Source: an uncultured Actinomycetota bacterium
GTDB lineage: Bacteria > Actinomycetota > Actinomycetes > JAHEKZ01
Reading direction: 5' to 3'
Assembly (NCBI GenBank): GCA_963829525.1
Contig: CAWHIJ010000003.1
Location: 2,784,001 to 2,848,000, forward strand
DNA length: 64,000 bases
Made by a program: the position numbers and the translations under genes. The notes under the pieces were generated by a model. The model did not search any database. It was not told the DNA's origin and saw nothing but the letters and a program-made list of their open reading frames with translations. The stretch's first letter is position 1. Each line of letters begins with the position of its first letter. Below are positions 1-13,012 of this stretch, piece after piece.

Positions 1-5
1 ACTTC

Positions 6-1109
6 GTGCCCGGCCTTGAAGGCGTTATCGCCTTCGAGACGCAGATTGCCGAGCCCGACAAAGAGGGTAGTGCCCTGCGCTACCGCGGTGTCGACATCGA
101 AGACCTAGTCGGACGAGTCACATTTGGCAACGTTTGGGGCCTGCTGGTCGACAACGAGTTCAATCCCGGGCTTCCGCCCGCCGAGCCGTTTCCACTGCCT
201 GTGCACTCCGGTGATGTACGCGTCGATGTGCAGAGTGCCCTCGCGATGCTGTCACCGTCATGGGGCCTGCGCCCACTGCTCGACATCGACCACGACCAGA
301 CCCGTGACGACCTCGCGAGGGCCAGCGTGATGGCGCTGTCCTACGTTGCGCAGTCCGCGCGTGGGCTCGGCCTGCCGATGGTGCCCCAGCGCGAGATCGA
401 CAAGTCCACCAGCGTCGTCCAGCGGTTCATGGTCCGCTGGCGTGGCGAACCCGATCCGAAGCACGTCAAGGCCGTCGACGCCTACTTCGTCAGTGCGGCC
501 GAGCACGGTATGAACGCCTCGACCTTCACTGCGCGGGTGATCGCGTCCACGGGCGCTGACGTCGCTGCGGCTCTGTCCGGAGCCGTTGGCGCGATGTCGG
601 GCCCCCTTCACGGTGGCGCACCATCGCGCGTGCTGCACATGCTCGAAGAGGTCGAGCGCACCGGCGACGCCGAAGGGTTCGTGCGCAACATCCTGGACAC
701 CAAGCAGCGCCTCATGGGGTTCGGCCACCGCGTCTACCGAGCCGAGGACCCTCGCGCCCGAGTACTGCGGCGCACCGCACGCGACCTCGGCGCCCCCCGC
801 TACGAGGTCGCCGAAGAGCTAGAACGCGCCGCACTGAAGATCCTGGCTGAGCGAAAGCCAGACCGAGTCATTGCCACCAACGTCGAGTTCTGGTCGGCCG
901 TCGTCCTGGACTTCGCCGAGGTTCCCGCGCACATGTTCACGCCAATGTTCACCTGTGCACGCACTGCCGGGTGGAGCGCGCACATCCTGGAACAGAAGGA
1001 GACCGGTCGCCTGATCCGTCCGTCCGCCCGATACGTGGGGCCCGCACCGCGCAAGCCCGAGGCCGTCGAGGGATGGGACCGCGAGGTCAAGCCCTCGTAC
1101 GCGATCTAG
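6..1109 (+). CDS. citA: Citrate synthase 2 (true start probably just left of the window)
   Basis: PGLEG N-terminus; [29 protein letters not shown] and NVEFW citrate synthase motifs. Confidence 0.93.
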   Translation: MPGLEGVIAFETQIAEPDKEGSALRYRGVDIEDLVGRVTFGNVWGLLVDNEFNPGLPPAEPFPLPVHSGDVRVDVQSALAMLSPSWGLRPLLDIDHDQTRDDLARASVMALSYVAQSARGLGLPMVPQREIDKSTSVVQRFMVRWRGEPDPKHVKAVDAYFVSAAEHGMNASTFTARVIASTGADVAAALSGAVGAMSGPLHGGAPSRVLHMLEEVERTGDAEGFVRNILDTKQRLMGFGHRVYRAEDPRARVLRRTARDLGAPRYEVAEELERAALKILAERKPDRVIATNVEFWSAVVLDFAEVPAHMFTPMFTCARTAGWSAHILEQKETGRLIRPSARYVGPAPRKPEAVEGWDREVKPSYAI

Positions 1110-1181
1110 ACCCGCAGGACTGTGTTGTTTCACCCAGCGGAAATGTGTGCCGCCCCGGGGCGCAGTCGCTGGTCGGCCTCA

Positions 1182-1187
1182 TAGGCT
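1182..1187 (+). promoter_or_regulatory. -10 element (TAGGCT) of a leaderless serC transcript
   Basis: TAnnnT hexamer 6 nt before ATG 1194, no Shine-Dalgarno. Confidence 0.55.
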
Positions 1188-1193
1188 GGTCAC

Positions 1194-3329
<2,136 letters not shown>

Positions 3330-4630
3330 CGGGGAACTCGACGGCGAAAGTCGCCAGCCGGGGCGAACGGCGTCCAGGTCATCGGGCTCAGCAATGTGCA
3401 GATGTGGCCGCGGGCGGGCGTGGGCGCGGACCTCCAACCCGGAGCGACGAACGTGGAGGACGGCAACGGTCAACGCTGCAAGAGCCGACACGATCCCCCC
3501 CAATGCAATCGACCAACGCGGTCCGAACGTCTCGGCGACCCAGCCGATCAGCGGAGAGCCGAGCGGAGTTCCGCCCAAGAAGAGCAGCGTATAGATACCC
3601 ATCACGCGTCCGCGCAGCTCTGGCTCGGAGTTCAGCTGCAAGAACGACTGGGTGGCGTTAATGAGCGTGAGGGCGCCCATGCCCACCAGTGGCAGCGCAA
3701 CCAGGAACATCAGATAGCTCGGCATCAGAGCCACCACCACGGCGGCGGCTCCAAAGGCGAGCGCCGCCAGAACGACCAGGCGGATTCGAGGTGCACCGCG
3801 TCGCGCGGCCGCGAGCGATCCGGCCAGGGACCCCACGGCCAGCACCGTTGACGCAACACCGAAGGCGGCCGGCCCGAGCTCGAACTCCCCGGTCACCATC
3901 GCAGCGATCGTCAGCTGGAAGTTCAGGCCGAAGGTACCGACGAAGAAGGCAATGATCAGCACAAGGACGAGGTCTGGGCGCGCCCAGACGTACCTGATCC
4001 CCTCGCGCAGGCCTCCAGCGTCAGCATTCGGGCGTACCGGCACGGCCAGGTCGTCGGGTCGGATGCGGGAGAGGGCGACGAGCACAGCGAGGTAGCCCAC
4101 CGTATTGAGGATGAAGACCCAGCCGGAGCCGACTGCGGCGATCAGCAAGCCGGCAACGGCAGGCCCGAAGACGCGGCCGAGGTTGAACGACGCGGTGTTC
4201 AGCGCAACTGCGTTGGGCAGGTCCTCGACGTCGACCATCTCAGAGACGAAGGCCTGCCGGGCCGGCCCGTCGAATGCTGCGATCGAACCGACAAGGAAGG
4301 CCATCAGCATGACGAGCGGGACGGTTGCCGAGCCCGTGAGCACGAGGACTCCCAGGCTGAAGGCGGCGACACCAAGAAGCGCAGTCGTGACGAAGAGCAG
4401 CTGACGCCGGCCGAAACGGTCGGCAAGACCGCCGCCCCAGAGGCTGAAGAGCAGCATGGGAAGGAACTGCAGACCGACAGTGATTCCGAGCGCGGTCGCT
4501 GAACGGTCGGTGAGTTCAAGCACGAGCCAGTCCTGGGCAACGCGCTGCATCCAGACGCCGGTGTTCGCCAGCAGCTGCCCAGAGGCATACAGCCGGTAGT
4601 TGCGAACGCGGAGGGATCGGAAGGTAGGAC

Positions 4631-5122
4631 TCACTCGCTGATCAGTGTCTCCAGAATCGGCACGACTTCACGCAGGGCACGTCGCTGTTCGGCGTCGAGG
4701 GTGGCCAATCGCTGGGCCAGCCAGGCCTCCCTGCGCTCGCGGTCGGCGCGCAGCATGGCGCGGGCATCGTCGGTGACGGCAACCAGTACCTGGCGGCCGT
4801 CCGTGGGATGGGCGGTCCTGACGATCAGACCGCGCTCACTCAGCCCTGCGAGCACCCGCGTCATCGACGGCGGGCGTACCCGCTCGACGGTGGCGAGGTG
4901 GCCGGGGGTCGTTGGGCCGCAACGCTCGAGGGCCGCGAGGGCCGACAACTGGGTCAACGTGAGGTCGAGGTCTGCGCGCTCGTGACGGAGCCGGCGGGCC
5001 AGTCGCATGACGGCCATTCGCAGGTCTCCGGCCAGCGGCAGCGCGGCCGCCCCAGCGGAGCCCGACCCTCGAGCCCGAACTGTGGCTGTGGCTGTGGATG
5101 TGGCGGCGGCTGAAACTGACAT
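4631..5122 (-). CDS. MarR-family transcriptional regulator
   Basis: LRMAVMRLARRLR, LTLTQLSAL, ERVRPPSMTR, HPTDGRQV winged-helix motifs; stop overlaps MFS start. Confidence 0.9.
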   Translation of the reverse strand: MSVSAAATSTATATVRARGSGSAGAAALPLAGDLRMAVMRLARRLRHERADLDLTLTQLSALAALERCGPTTPGHLATVERVRPPSMTRVLAGLSERGLIVRTAHPTDGRQVLVAVTDDARAMLRADRERREAWLAQRLATLDAEQRRALREVVPILETLISE

Positions 5123-5124
5123 GC

Positions 5125-5154
5125 CGTTAGCATACGTCATTACTCCTGCTAACG
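5125..5154. promoter_or_regulatory. Putative MarR operator (8-bp inverted repeat)
   Basis: CGTTAGCA-N14-TGCTAACG immediately upstream of the marR ATG. Confidence 0.5.
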
Positions 5155-6343
5155 AAACTCCAGCAGGTCCGCAAGGCGCGGCCGAAGGCTCCACTCCTCC
5201 ACCAGTTGCCGGTACTCCGCTTGCTGCTCGGCTGTGGACGCTGAACCGGTGCGCTGCGCCCGCAGCAGAACGTTGCGCGGGGTGTGCCTGCTGTCGACGA
5301 ACTCAACGAGGTCGGTGCGGTAGCCCTCTCTCCTCAGCAGCTGGGCACGGAGCGCATCGGTGACGACGTCCCCCCAGCGCTCCCGAAGCAGACCGTGGCG
5401 GGTGACGAGCCCGTAAGGCGCTGGCGGAGCGGCTGCCCGCAGCTGTCGCTGGATGTCGTGATGACAGCAGGGAGCAGCAAGAATCAACTCGCTCTTCCAG
5501 CCGACGCCCCGCGCCAGCGCGTCATCGGTGGCCGTGTCGCAGGCATGCAGGGCAAGGGTGATGTCGGCCGGGGAGCTCGACGTCGGCGTCTCCGATTGTT
5601 GCCTCGACAAAGTGCACATCAGCCGACCAGCCGAGTCGTCCCGCGACCTTGTGTTGTGCTGGAGTGCCTGTTGCTTGACGTCCACCCCGACCAGCTCGAC
5701 CGAGAGCCCAAGGCCAGCAGTCAGGTGCTGGTACGCGGCGAAGGTGAGATAGGCGTTTCCGCACCCGAGGTCGACAACGCGCAGCCTCTCGCGCTGGAGG
5801 CGGCCGGCATCGCGAGCGTCCCGAACTGCCGCGTCGAGTAACCGGACAAACTCTTCGACCTGGTGGTACTTGTCAGCGCGCGACCTCTTGACGGCCCCAG
5901 AGCTGTCGGTGACACCGAGCTCGCGGAGGAAGGGAGCGGCAGGATCGACGAGGCGGCTCTTGACGCGGTCGTGCGAGATGTTGCGGGCCCGTCCGGTTGA
6001 CGACCGCGTCACCAGAACGCTGCCGCTCTTGGAGACCCGGTAGCCCAGCTCGCCATCGGTGCTGGCCACGTGCCAGTGCCCGAACGGTTCACTCAGCAAG
6101 CTCTTGAACCACCCGCTCGGCATCGGCGTTCCATGGGTAGTTGTTGGTGAAGGACTGACGCTCGTCGTAGGTGACGACCTGCAGATGCGAGCCACTCTTC
6201 AACTCGACGGGACGGAGCTCGACCCGGCGCCATCGGGGCCGCTGACCACGCAGCGCGCCACCGGCCGTCGCCCGGACCAGCCGCTCAGCGTCCAGGACGC
6301 GCTGCTGAATCTCCGCTCGTGCGGTGGCGAGGTCCGTGGGCAC
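5149..6343 (-). CDS. SAM-dependent methyltransferase with three apparent frameshifts (about 6100, 5650, 5572)
   Basis: VVDLGCGNAYLTF, LALHACDTATD, APCCHH, HTPRN motifs; N-terminus lies in ORF 6089-6343; segment KVAGRLGWSADVHFVEATIGDADV lies in another frame. Confidence 0.82.
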
Positions 6344-6360
6344 GCGCCTACTGTCTCACC

Positions 6361-7332
6361 ATGGAATACACACACATAGGACGCACAGGGTTGGAGGTCT
6401 CGCGGCTCTGCCTCGGCACCATGAACTTCGGGCCGCAGACACCCGAGCCTGAGTCGCACGCCGTGATGGACCATGCGCTCGAAGCTGGGATCAACTTCTT
6501 CGACACTGCGAATGTCTACGGCTGGGAGATCGGCAGGGGCACCACCGAGACGATCATCGGAAACTGGTTCGCCCAAGGTGGTGAGCGACGCGACAAGGTG
6601 GTGCTCGCCACCAAGCTCTACGGCTCGATGACCGAGTGGCCGAACGACACATTTCTTTCGGCGCGCAACATCCGGCGCGCCTGCGACGCGTCGCTGAAGC
6701 GCATGCAGACCGACTGGATCGACCTCTACCAGATGCACCACGTCGACCGTTCCACACCGTGGGAGGAGATCTGGGAAGCCTTCAGCGTGCTTCGTCAGCA
6801 GGGCAAGGTCCTCTACTTCGGGTCGTCCAACTTCGCCGGGTGGCACCTCGCACAGGCGCAGGAAGCGGCTCGGCGCCTCGGGATGCTCGGCCTCGCCAGT
6901 GAGCAGTCGATCTACAACTTGGCCGTGCGCACTATCGAGCTCGAGGTTCTCCCAGCCGCTCGGCAGTACGGAATCGGAGTGATTCCTTGGTCTCCGCTCT
7001 ACGGAGGCGTGCTCGGCGGCATCCTGAAGAAGACCGACGAGGGACGAGCCGTCGGCGAGGGGACGCAAGAACGGCTTGCCAAGTATCGGCCGCAGGTGGA
7101 GCAGTACGAGGAGTTCTGTCGCGACCTTGGTGAGCACCCGGCCGACGTCGGTCTCGCCTGGCTGCTCGCCCAACCAGGGGTCACAGCACCCATCATCGGG
7201 CCGCGCACGAAGGCACAGCTGGACGGCAACCTCCACGCTCTCGAGGTGACTTTGACGGACGACGCTCTGGCGAGGCTCGACGAGATCTGGCCCGGGCCAG
7301 GGGGCACCGCACCTGAGGCCTACGCCTGGTAG
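6361..7332 (+). CDS. Aldo/keto reductase
   Basis: LCLGTMNFG, FFDTANVY, LATK, IDLYQMHH, PWSPL, IIGPRT motifs. Confidence 0.93.
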   Translation: MEYTHIGRTGLEVSRLCLGTMNFGPQTPEPESHAVMDHALEAGINFFDTANVYGWEIGRGTTETIIGNWFAQGGERRDKVVLATKLYGSMTEWPNDTFLSARNIRRACDASLKRMQTDWIDLYQMHHVDRSTPWEEIWEAFSVLRQQGKVLYFGSSNFAGWHLAQAQEAARRLGMLGLASEQSIYNLAVRTIELEVLPAARQYGIGVIPWSPLYGGVLGGILKKTDEGRAVGEGTQERLAKYRPQVEQYEEFCRDLGEHPADVGLAWLLAQPGVTAPIIGPRTKAQLDGNLHALEVTLTDDALARLDEIWPGPGGTAPEAYAW

Positions 7333-7348
7333 GCACCAGCGCACCCGG

Positions 7349-7435
7349 CTAACCAACCACAGCAACAATTACGACGACCATCACGAACGCCACCAGCACG
7401 AGCGGAACCAGCCAGCGACGCGTCCGGGGATTCAC
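7349..7435 (-). CDS. 28-aa single-pass membrane microprotein MNPRTRRWLVPLVLVAFVMVVVIVAVVG
   Basis: GTG...TAG ORF filling the intergenic gap; basic N-terminus plus about 20 hydrophobic residues; TAGGCT -10 element 7 nt upstream. Confidence 0.65.
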   Translation of the reverse strand: MNPRTRRWLVPLVLVAFVMVVVIVAVVG

Positions 7436-7477
7436 GGAGCTGAGCCTAAGCGACCCCGGTGGTCTATCGTCGCCGAC

Positions 7478-7741
7478 GTGTCAACGGAGCAGCCACAGCC
7501 CACCCGTCGTGTCGAGCCGCTCGACCTCGATGCTGTGCGCACGGTGCAGATCGGCACCGCCCTATGGGCAGTTGCGTTGATTGCGTCTCTCATCGCTCGT
7601 GACACCCTCGAGGCCCAAGACCGAACCTGGTGGATCTGGACGTGTGTTGCCGGGGTCGTCCTTGGGATCTTCGGCCTTCTGGTGACAACCAGGCGAAGAC
7701 GCCGTATCGCCAGTTCCCGATCAGCAAATCAACGGTCGTAA
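7478..7741 (+). CDS. DUF2530-like small membrane protein
   Basis: Two TM helices; GTALW and WWIWTCVAG motifs; usual gene context. Confidence 0.8.
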   Translation: MSTEQPQPTRRVEPLDLDAVRTVQIGTALWAVALIASLIARDTLEAQDRTWWIWTCVAGVVLGIFGLLVTTRRRRRIASSRSANQRS

Positions 7742-10714
7742 AGGCGCTCGATCGCGAAGCCATCCGCCGACTCAGGCCGCTCGAGACCAGCAGCGAACTC
7801 AAATCGGCGTGACCACTGTCCGCTGGCCCATGCAAGTGCGCGTGCCAACCCCTCCAGAGTTGCGGCGTGAACCTCACCGTCGTCGGTCACCCACCAGTCG
7901 ACAACCACGTCACCGATCACGAGCTCGTCGTGCTCACGGTACGTCTCTACGGACGCGTCACCGACGAGGAGCGGCGGCACTGGTCGTTCGACGCCCGACC
8001 CTTCGATCGTCGAGGCTGCACATGAAGCATCGTTGCTGATGTCTACGTCCAGCAGGTCGGCTAGTGCGCGAGTTCCGGGGATGTGAGGCGTTCGGAGGAC
8101 AAGGGCATGATGCGGAGCGCCTGCCACGATCACGTCTTCGGCATCGGAGAACACGATGGCTGCATCGACGACAGCGCGCACCTTCGATGGTGGATCCACG
8201 AGCTCGGGGCGATCGGTCGCTGCGATCTGCGAATACAGCTGCGCGAGCAGCTCGATGCCGATTTCGGTGTCAGCATCTGCCATCGAATCGAACAGCTCAT
8301 TGACTCCGTCGGGAGCCTGTAGCCAACGCTCGAGGGTGCTGTGCACGCCGATCGCCTCGAGCAGCTCCTGGCTGACCCCTGATGGTGTCTCGACCACAGG
8401 GAAGAACGGGGCAAGCCGATCGTCGCCGGGGATACGCACCTCGATCGGACTGAGGCCCTGCAGCAGCGGAGCCTCGCTGAGCCACCACGCGCCAGGTGAC
8501 GGCACTGCTACCCGGCGCCCGTCGCCGGCCAGCACGATGGTTGGTGCCAAGAGTGCGCGCATCACCTCCGGAACGGCGAGAAGCCCGGCGATGTCGGCCA
8601 GCGAGGAGCCATCGACCAATTCAATGCCACGCACGATGGTCACCTCCGGCGCGAGCAGCTCACCTGGGTCGTTGCTACCAGTGCGTTCGGCGACTGAGAT
8701 GCACCAGTCGCCCCCATCGGTCATCAGGTCGTCCCACGACTCAGGGTCGAGTGGCAGCTCGTGCAAGGTGACGGGCGTCAGTTGCGCCAGGACGCCGAGC
8801 GCGGCCCAAGCGGAGGCAGGTGCGGTGTCGGCAGCCGCATCGGCCAGGCGCGGCGCCTCCACTCCTGCAACCGCATCGAGCGCCGAACCCGGAAGCACTA
8901 CCGAAGCCGCCGGACTCCAGCCTCCATCACGCGTGGGCACCGGGAGATCAGCAAGATCCACGAGTTCGCCGGGGGTGACATCTGCGTCCATCAGAAGGCG
9001 GACAGCGGCCGAAACCATCGCACGAGCTTCGGCAGGATCAAACTCGACGGCATCTTGAACCCTCCGCACGAATGCGCCGTCGAGAACCGTGACGACGTCG
9101 AACGAACGCGCACCGAGCCGCTCCAGCAATGGATGCTCCGCATCGGTGTGCACGACATCGACCCCGAGCTGCGCGAGCAGGCTGCCGTGTTCTGCGGCAA
9201 GCATGGTGGTTCGGGCACCACGTACCAGCCGGCCATCGGCCAAGGGCACCGGCAAGCCTTCCCAGACCCGAGCATCCAGGCGCTGCACCTCGTCGTAGAT
9301 GGCCCTCCACTGGGCTGGCGAAATGTCCAGGGGCGCCAGCGAGTCCCACACCTCGGACATCGGGCGGGTCACCAACCCGAGACTGCGAAGCTCCTCCCCA
9401 ATCCAATCGGGATCGACGAGGTCCACCAGATGATCGGCAAGGACCCGCACGACACCAGGATCAGCTGGCTCGAGCGCGACCAGATCAGCCGGGCGTTCCA
9501 GATGGCCGTCGCAGGCTCGAGGCACCCAGCTAGACCCCGCCAGTCGGTCGCGGACCCGTTCTCGAACCAGATGGTCGATCGGCCCGACGAGCGCCGCCGG
9601 CGGAACGAGCGTGAGAGCCACCCTGCCGTGCTCGCGCGCGATGTCCAGCACCAGCGAGGCGTAGGCGATCGCAAGCGCTTCGACCACGGCTGTCGTCCGT
9701 GCTCCTTCGGCTATGTGCCGACGTGACGAGTCCAGACGAAAGTCGGCGATTGCCACAACGGGCAGACCCCATGGCTCAACGGTCGGCGTCGGTGCATTGA
9801 CGACCCGGGCCAACGAGCCCGGCAACGGCAGTGGCATCCCGAGCTCGGTGACTGGCAGCACCACGGACGCAATCCACTGCCGGCGCAAAGCTTCTTCGTG
9901 CGCGATGGTCTCGTCATCGTCGGTGACCCCGCCCACGATGCCCGCCCATTTCCACCACGACGACTGTTCGTCGCGCCGTATCAACCACGGGCTGGTGCTG
10001 CGGTCGACCACCCAGGTATGCCCTTCGAAGGTTTCCGTGCCGGCAGTTTCCGTGCCGGCGATCTCGATCCTCACCTCGCCCAGGTCGGGCAACGAAAGCA
10101 GCAGCACCTCGTCGATTGCGCTAACAGCTTCGATCGCCAGCTGTCGTGCTGCGTCGTCACGCCACGGCAGCACGACAGCTGTGTCGTATTCATCTGGTGG
10201 AGCGGCATCAGTCGGAAACGGAACTCGCAGTGCCGGCGGTTGGCGCTGCTCGAGGAGCAAGGCAAGTTCGGCATCCTCATGCATGAGCTGCGTCGTGGCT
10301 GCTCTGTCGAAGCGAACACCACCATCGCGTGATCGCACCTCGGGAGTGTCGGTGATGGCGAGGACTGCGGCGAAACCAACCCCGAACCGGCCGACCGACC
10401 CCTCCGACTTGCTCGATGCGCGCATCGCCGCGAGTGACTCGACGCCAGCGCGGTCGAGGGGCGCGCCGACGTTGGCTGCGGTCAGACCGTCGGCATCGAG
10501 GCGGAGCAGCAAGCGCCCACTTACCCCCGGCTCGAGCGGCGTCCGAGGCGTTCTGGGCAAGCTCGACGACCAACCGATCTCGATAGGCGCCCAGGGCGTA
10601 GTCCTCTTCGACATTGGCGTCCTCGCGAAATCTCGTCGGCGACGCTCGCCACGCTTCGAGCACCGCGGCACGCAGTCGCGCAGTGCCGAACGGGTCAGCT
10701 TTGGTCGAGCTCAA
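7729..10714 (-). CDS. Sacsin N-terminal-like (GHKL) ATPase-domain protein, frameshift at C5 run 10524-10528
   Basis: DPFGT, FREDAN, YRDRLVVELAQNASDA in ORF 10277-10750 continue into AANVGAPL and VGRFGVGF in ORF 7729-10671. Confidence 0.78.
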
Positions 10715-11591
10715 CGGCCAGCTCGGGAGCGACCGACGTCTCGCGGGCAACCGGCTCGAAGCCGACTTCGTCGATCACCGGCTCCGGCCGCTCGGCCATG
10801 GCGGGAACGACGACCGCCTCCGAGTGGGCACCGCAGCCGTGCCCAAGGCTGACGACGTGACCGTCGCTTGGCGAGATCTCGTTGGCGCACAGACCGAATG
10901 CCTGCCCCAGCGTTCCCCGGATCGGAACCCGAAAGCCGCAGGTCGCGCACAGGGCTGGGGCCGACTGTGCGATGGGGGCATCGGCGCCGTGAGGGCCGGC
11001 GCTCCACCGGTCGACAGCGTCATCGAGGCCTATCGGGCTGAGAACCCGTGGACGCATAAGGTCGAGCTCGACCGAAAGGGCCAAGATGGCGTCGGCATCG
11101 ACCCAGCCATCGAGGCGGCCTTCATCGCCGCTATCACCTTCGTCGATCTCATCATCGGTCCCACCTTCGATCTCGGCGATCTCGGCGTCGATGTCTTCTC
11201 TCGCGTTCCAGCCTGGCTCGAGCCTGGGGTCGTCCTCATCGGTCGGAAGAAGATCGCCAACCCCGAGGTCGCCGGGGCGAAGCCTCTCAGTCCAAGGCAC
11301 CCAGGGCGGCGACAGTAATGACTGCGAGCCGGGAAGCAGCACGGCCTCGCCAACGCTGACGCTCTTGCTGCGTGAGGCTCGCATGATGGTGACGGCCCAA
11401 CGCCAGCCGCGGTATCCAGGAAGAGTCGCCTCGAACGAGTGCAGCACCATGCGCTCCTCTTCGGGCTCGACGCCCAAGTGCGCACCGACGGTGCCGTCGG
11501 GCGCAACCTCCGCGAGCGCTTCGCGCGCCACCTCAACGGCATCGGCGCAGATGGGGTCGAGGACGGGGGTCTTGCCGGACAAGAGGGTCAC
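10695..11591 (-). CDS. DUF3027-family protein
   Basis: PGYRGWRW, LRPGDLGVGD, DDPRLEPG, CATCGF, CANE, HGCGAHS; probable GTG start at 11591. Confidence 0.88.
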   Translation of the reverse strand: MTLLSGKTPVLDPICADAVEVAREALAEVAPDGTVGAHLGVEPEEERMVLHSFEATLPGYRGWRWAVTIMRASRSKSVSVGEAVLLPGSQSLLSPPWVPWTERLRPGDLGVGDLLPTDEDDPRLEPGWNAREDIDAEIAEIEGGTDDEIDEGDSGDEGRLDGWVDADAILALSVELDLMRPRVLSPIGLDDAVDRWSAGPHGADAPIAQSAPALCATCGFRVPIRGTLGQAFGLCANEISPSDGHVVSLGHGCGAHSEAVVVPAMAERPEPVIDEVGFEPVARETSVAPELAVELDQS

Positions 11592-11677
11592 AACCAGCAA
11601 GGGTAGCCTCGAGTACCGGTGCGAGAGGCGCCGCGCCCTCCAACACTTGCCCCAGAGCGAATCGGAGCCGTGTCCTG

Positions 11678-12187
11678 ATGCCGTCCCGTCGTGCCCGTCG
11701 TGCCCTTCTGGCCGCGCTGGCAGGCGTCCTGAGCCTGCTGTCCCTCTCAGCCTGCGAGGAGCCCGCCCCTGGGGCAACGGTGTTCTCCGGGTCCACCTCA
11801 GCCCATCGTGAGGCGATCTGCTGGTCATTCGATGCCTCCCAAGCCGCCGACAAGAGCGACTGCTCGCTCGACCTCGACACGCAACCCGCAGGTGATGCGG
11901 CTCAGGCGCTACTCGACGAGATCGCGATCATCCCCACGACTCCCGGCGAGACGGTGGGCATGAGTGTCGACCCCGATGTCGCAGCCAACGGTTGGGTTGT
12001 CTCGATCAACGGCAGGTCTTTGAACCGCAAGCCCGTGACCGAGAAGTACTTCCGCTTCACGATGCCCCCGCAACCGCTCCGGCAAGGCGACGCACAGCTG
12101 GTCATTCAGGCGTTGACCGAGGATGGTTCGGAGGTACGCGGTTCTTGGCTCTTCGGCCTCTCGGACGCAAGCAGCGACGAGAGCTAG
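11678..12187 (+). CDS. Lipoprotein (DUF2771-like)
   Basis: Lipobox LSAC; SVDPDVAANGW motif; context next to cold-shock gene. Confidence 0.7.
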   Translation: MPSRRARRALLAALAGVLSLLSLSACEEPAPGATVFSGSTSAHREAICWSFDASQAADKSDCSLDLDTQPAGDAAQALLDEIAIIPTTPGETVGMSVDPDVAANGWVVSINGRSLNRKPVTEKYFRFTMPPQPLRQGDAQLVIQALTEDGSEVRGSWLFGLSDASSDES

Positions 12188-12565
12188 CTAGTCGAGGTCG
12201 TCGGCCACCGCGCGCAGCAACTTGGCGACTTTTTCCGCCTCAGGAGCTGCCGGTGCCTTGCCGCGTCGGAGCCCGTTGCCGAGCTTGTCGAGCAGCTTGA
12301 TGAGGTCCTCGACGATGATCGCCATGTCCTCAGGGGGTTTGCGCGCAGTTGTCACGCCAACCGGTACGTCGAGAACACGCACCGACAGTGCCTGCTCGCC
12401 GCGACGCCCTTCAGCGACGCCGAACTCGACGCGCGAACCCGGCTTGAGGGCGGTGAGGCCCTCCGGCAGCGCGGACTGGTGGACGAAGACCTCGCCGCCG
12501 TCGTCCCGACTGAGGAACCCGAATCCCTTTTCGGTGTCGAACCACTTGACCTTGCCCGTGGGCAC
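12188..12565 (-). CDS. cspB: Cold-shock domain protein with C-terminal extension (CspB type)
   Basis: PTGKVKWFD, KGFGF (RNP1), VFVH (RNP2); helical C-terminal domain. Confidence 0.88.
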   Translation of the reverse strand: MPTGKVKWFDTEKGFGFLSRDDGGEVFVHQSALPEGLTALKPGSRVEFGVAEGRRGEQALSVRVLDVPVGVTTARKPPEDMAIIVEDLIKLLDKLGNGLRRGKAPAAPEAEKVAKLLRAVADDLD

Positions 12566-12708
12566 GGCACACCTCACACGTCTCGTTGAACCCTCGCCCC
12601 GACCAAGCAGGACGCAGCCCCGCGGCTGCAGGGTGACCCCCAGGGTAGTGACAGAACAGGGCGCAGCCCCAACCGGTTTCGGCCAAGGGCCCTCCCTACC
12701 CTGGATTC

Positions 12709-12969
12709 ATGAGCGCACCCGGCGACACCAGCCCTTCCCGTTCGGACGTCGCAGTGCGCGTCGGAGCTGTCCTCGTCGCCATCGGCGCTCTGGCCGCGAT
12801 CGCCACGCTGGTGCCGCTCTTCTCAGGTCTTGATCCGCTTCCGGTCGGCGTCTACCTCCTCTGTTTCCTGGCCCCACTTGGCCTGGCAGTGATCTTGGTT
12901 GCCCTCTGGCAGCGCGCCAGAACGCGTTCGGAACGCATCCGGGCGGCTGCCCAAGATCACCCTGAATAG
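12709..12969 (+). CDS. Small membrane protein (2 TM)
   Basis: Two hydrophobic helices; TACCCT -10 element 6 nt before ATG. Confidence 0.7.
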   Translation: MSAPGDTSPSRSDVAVRVGAVLVAIGALAAIATLVPLFSGLDPLPVGVYLLCFLAPLGLAVILVALWQRARTRSERIRAAAQDHPE

Positions 12970-13012
12970 CTAGCGACCACCGCTTCGACCGGCATCGCCT
13001 ACCGTGGGGCAG

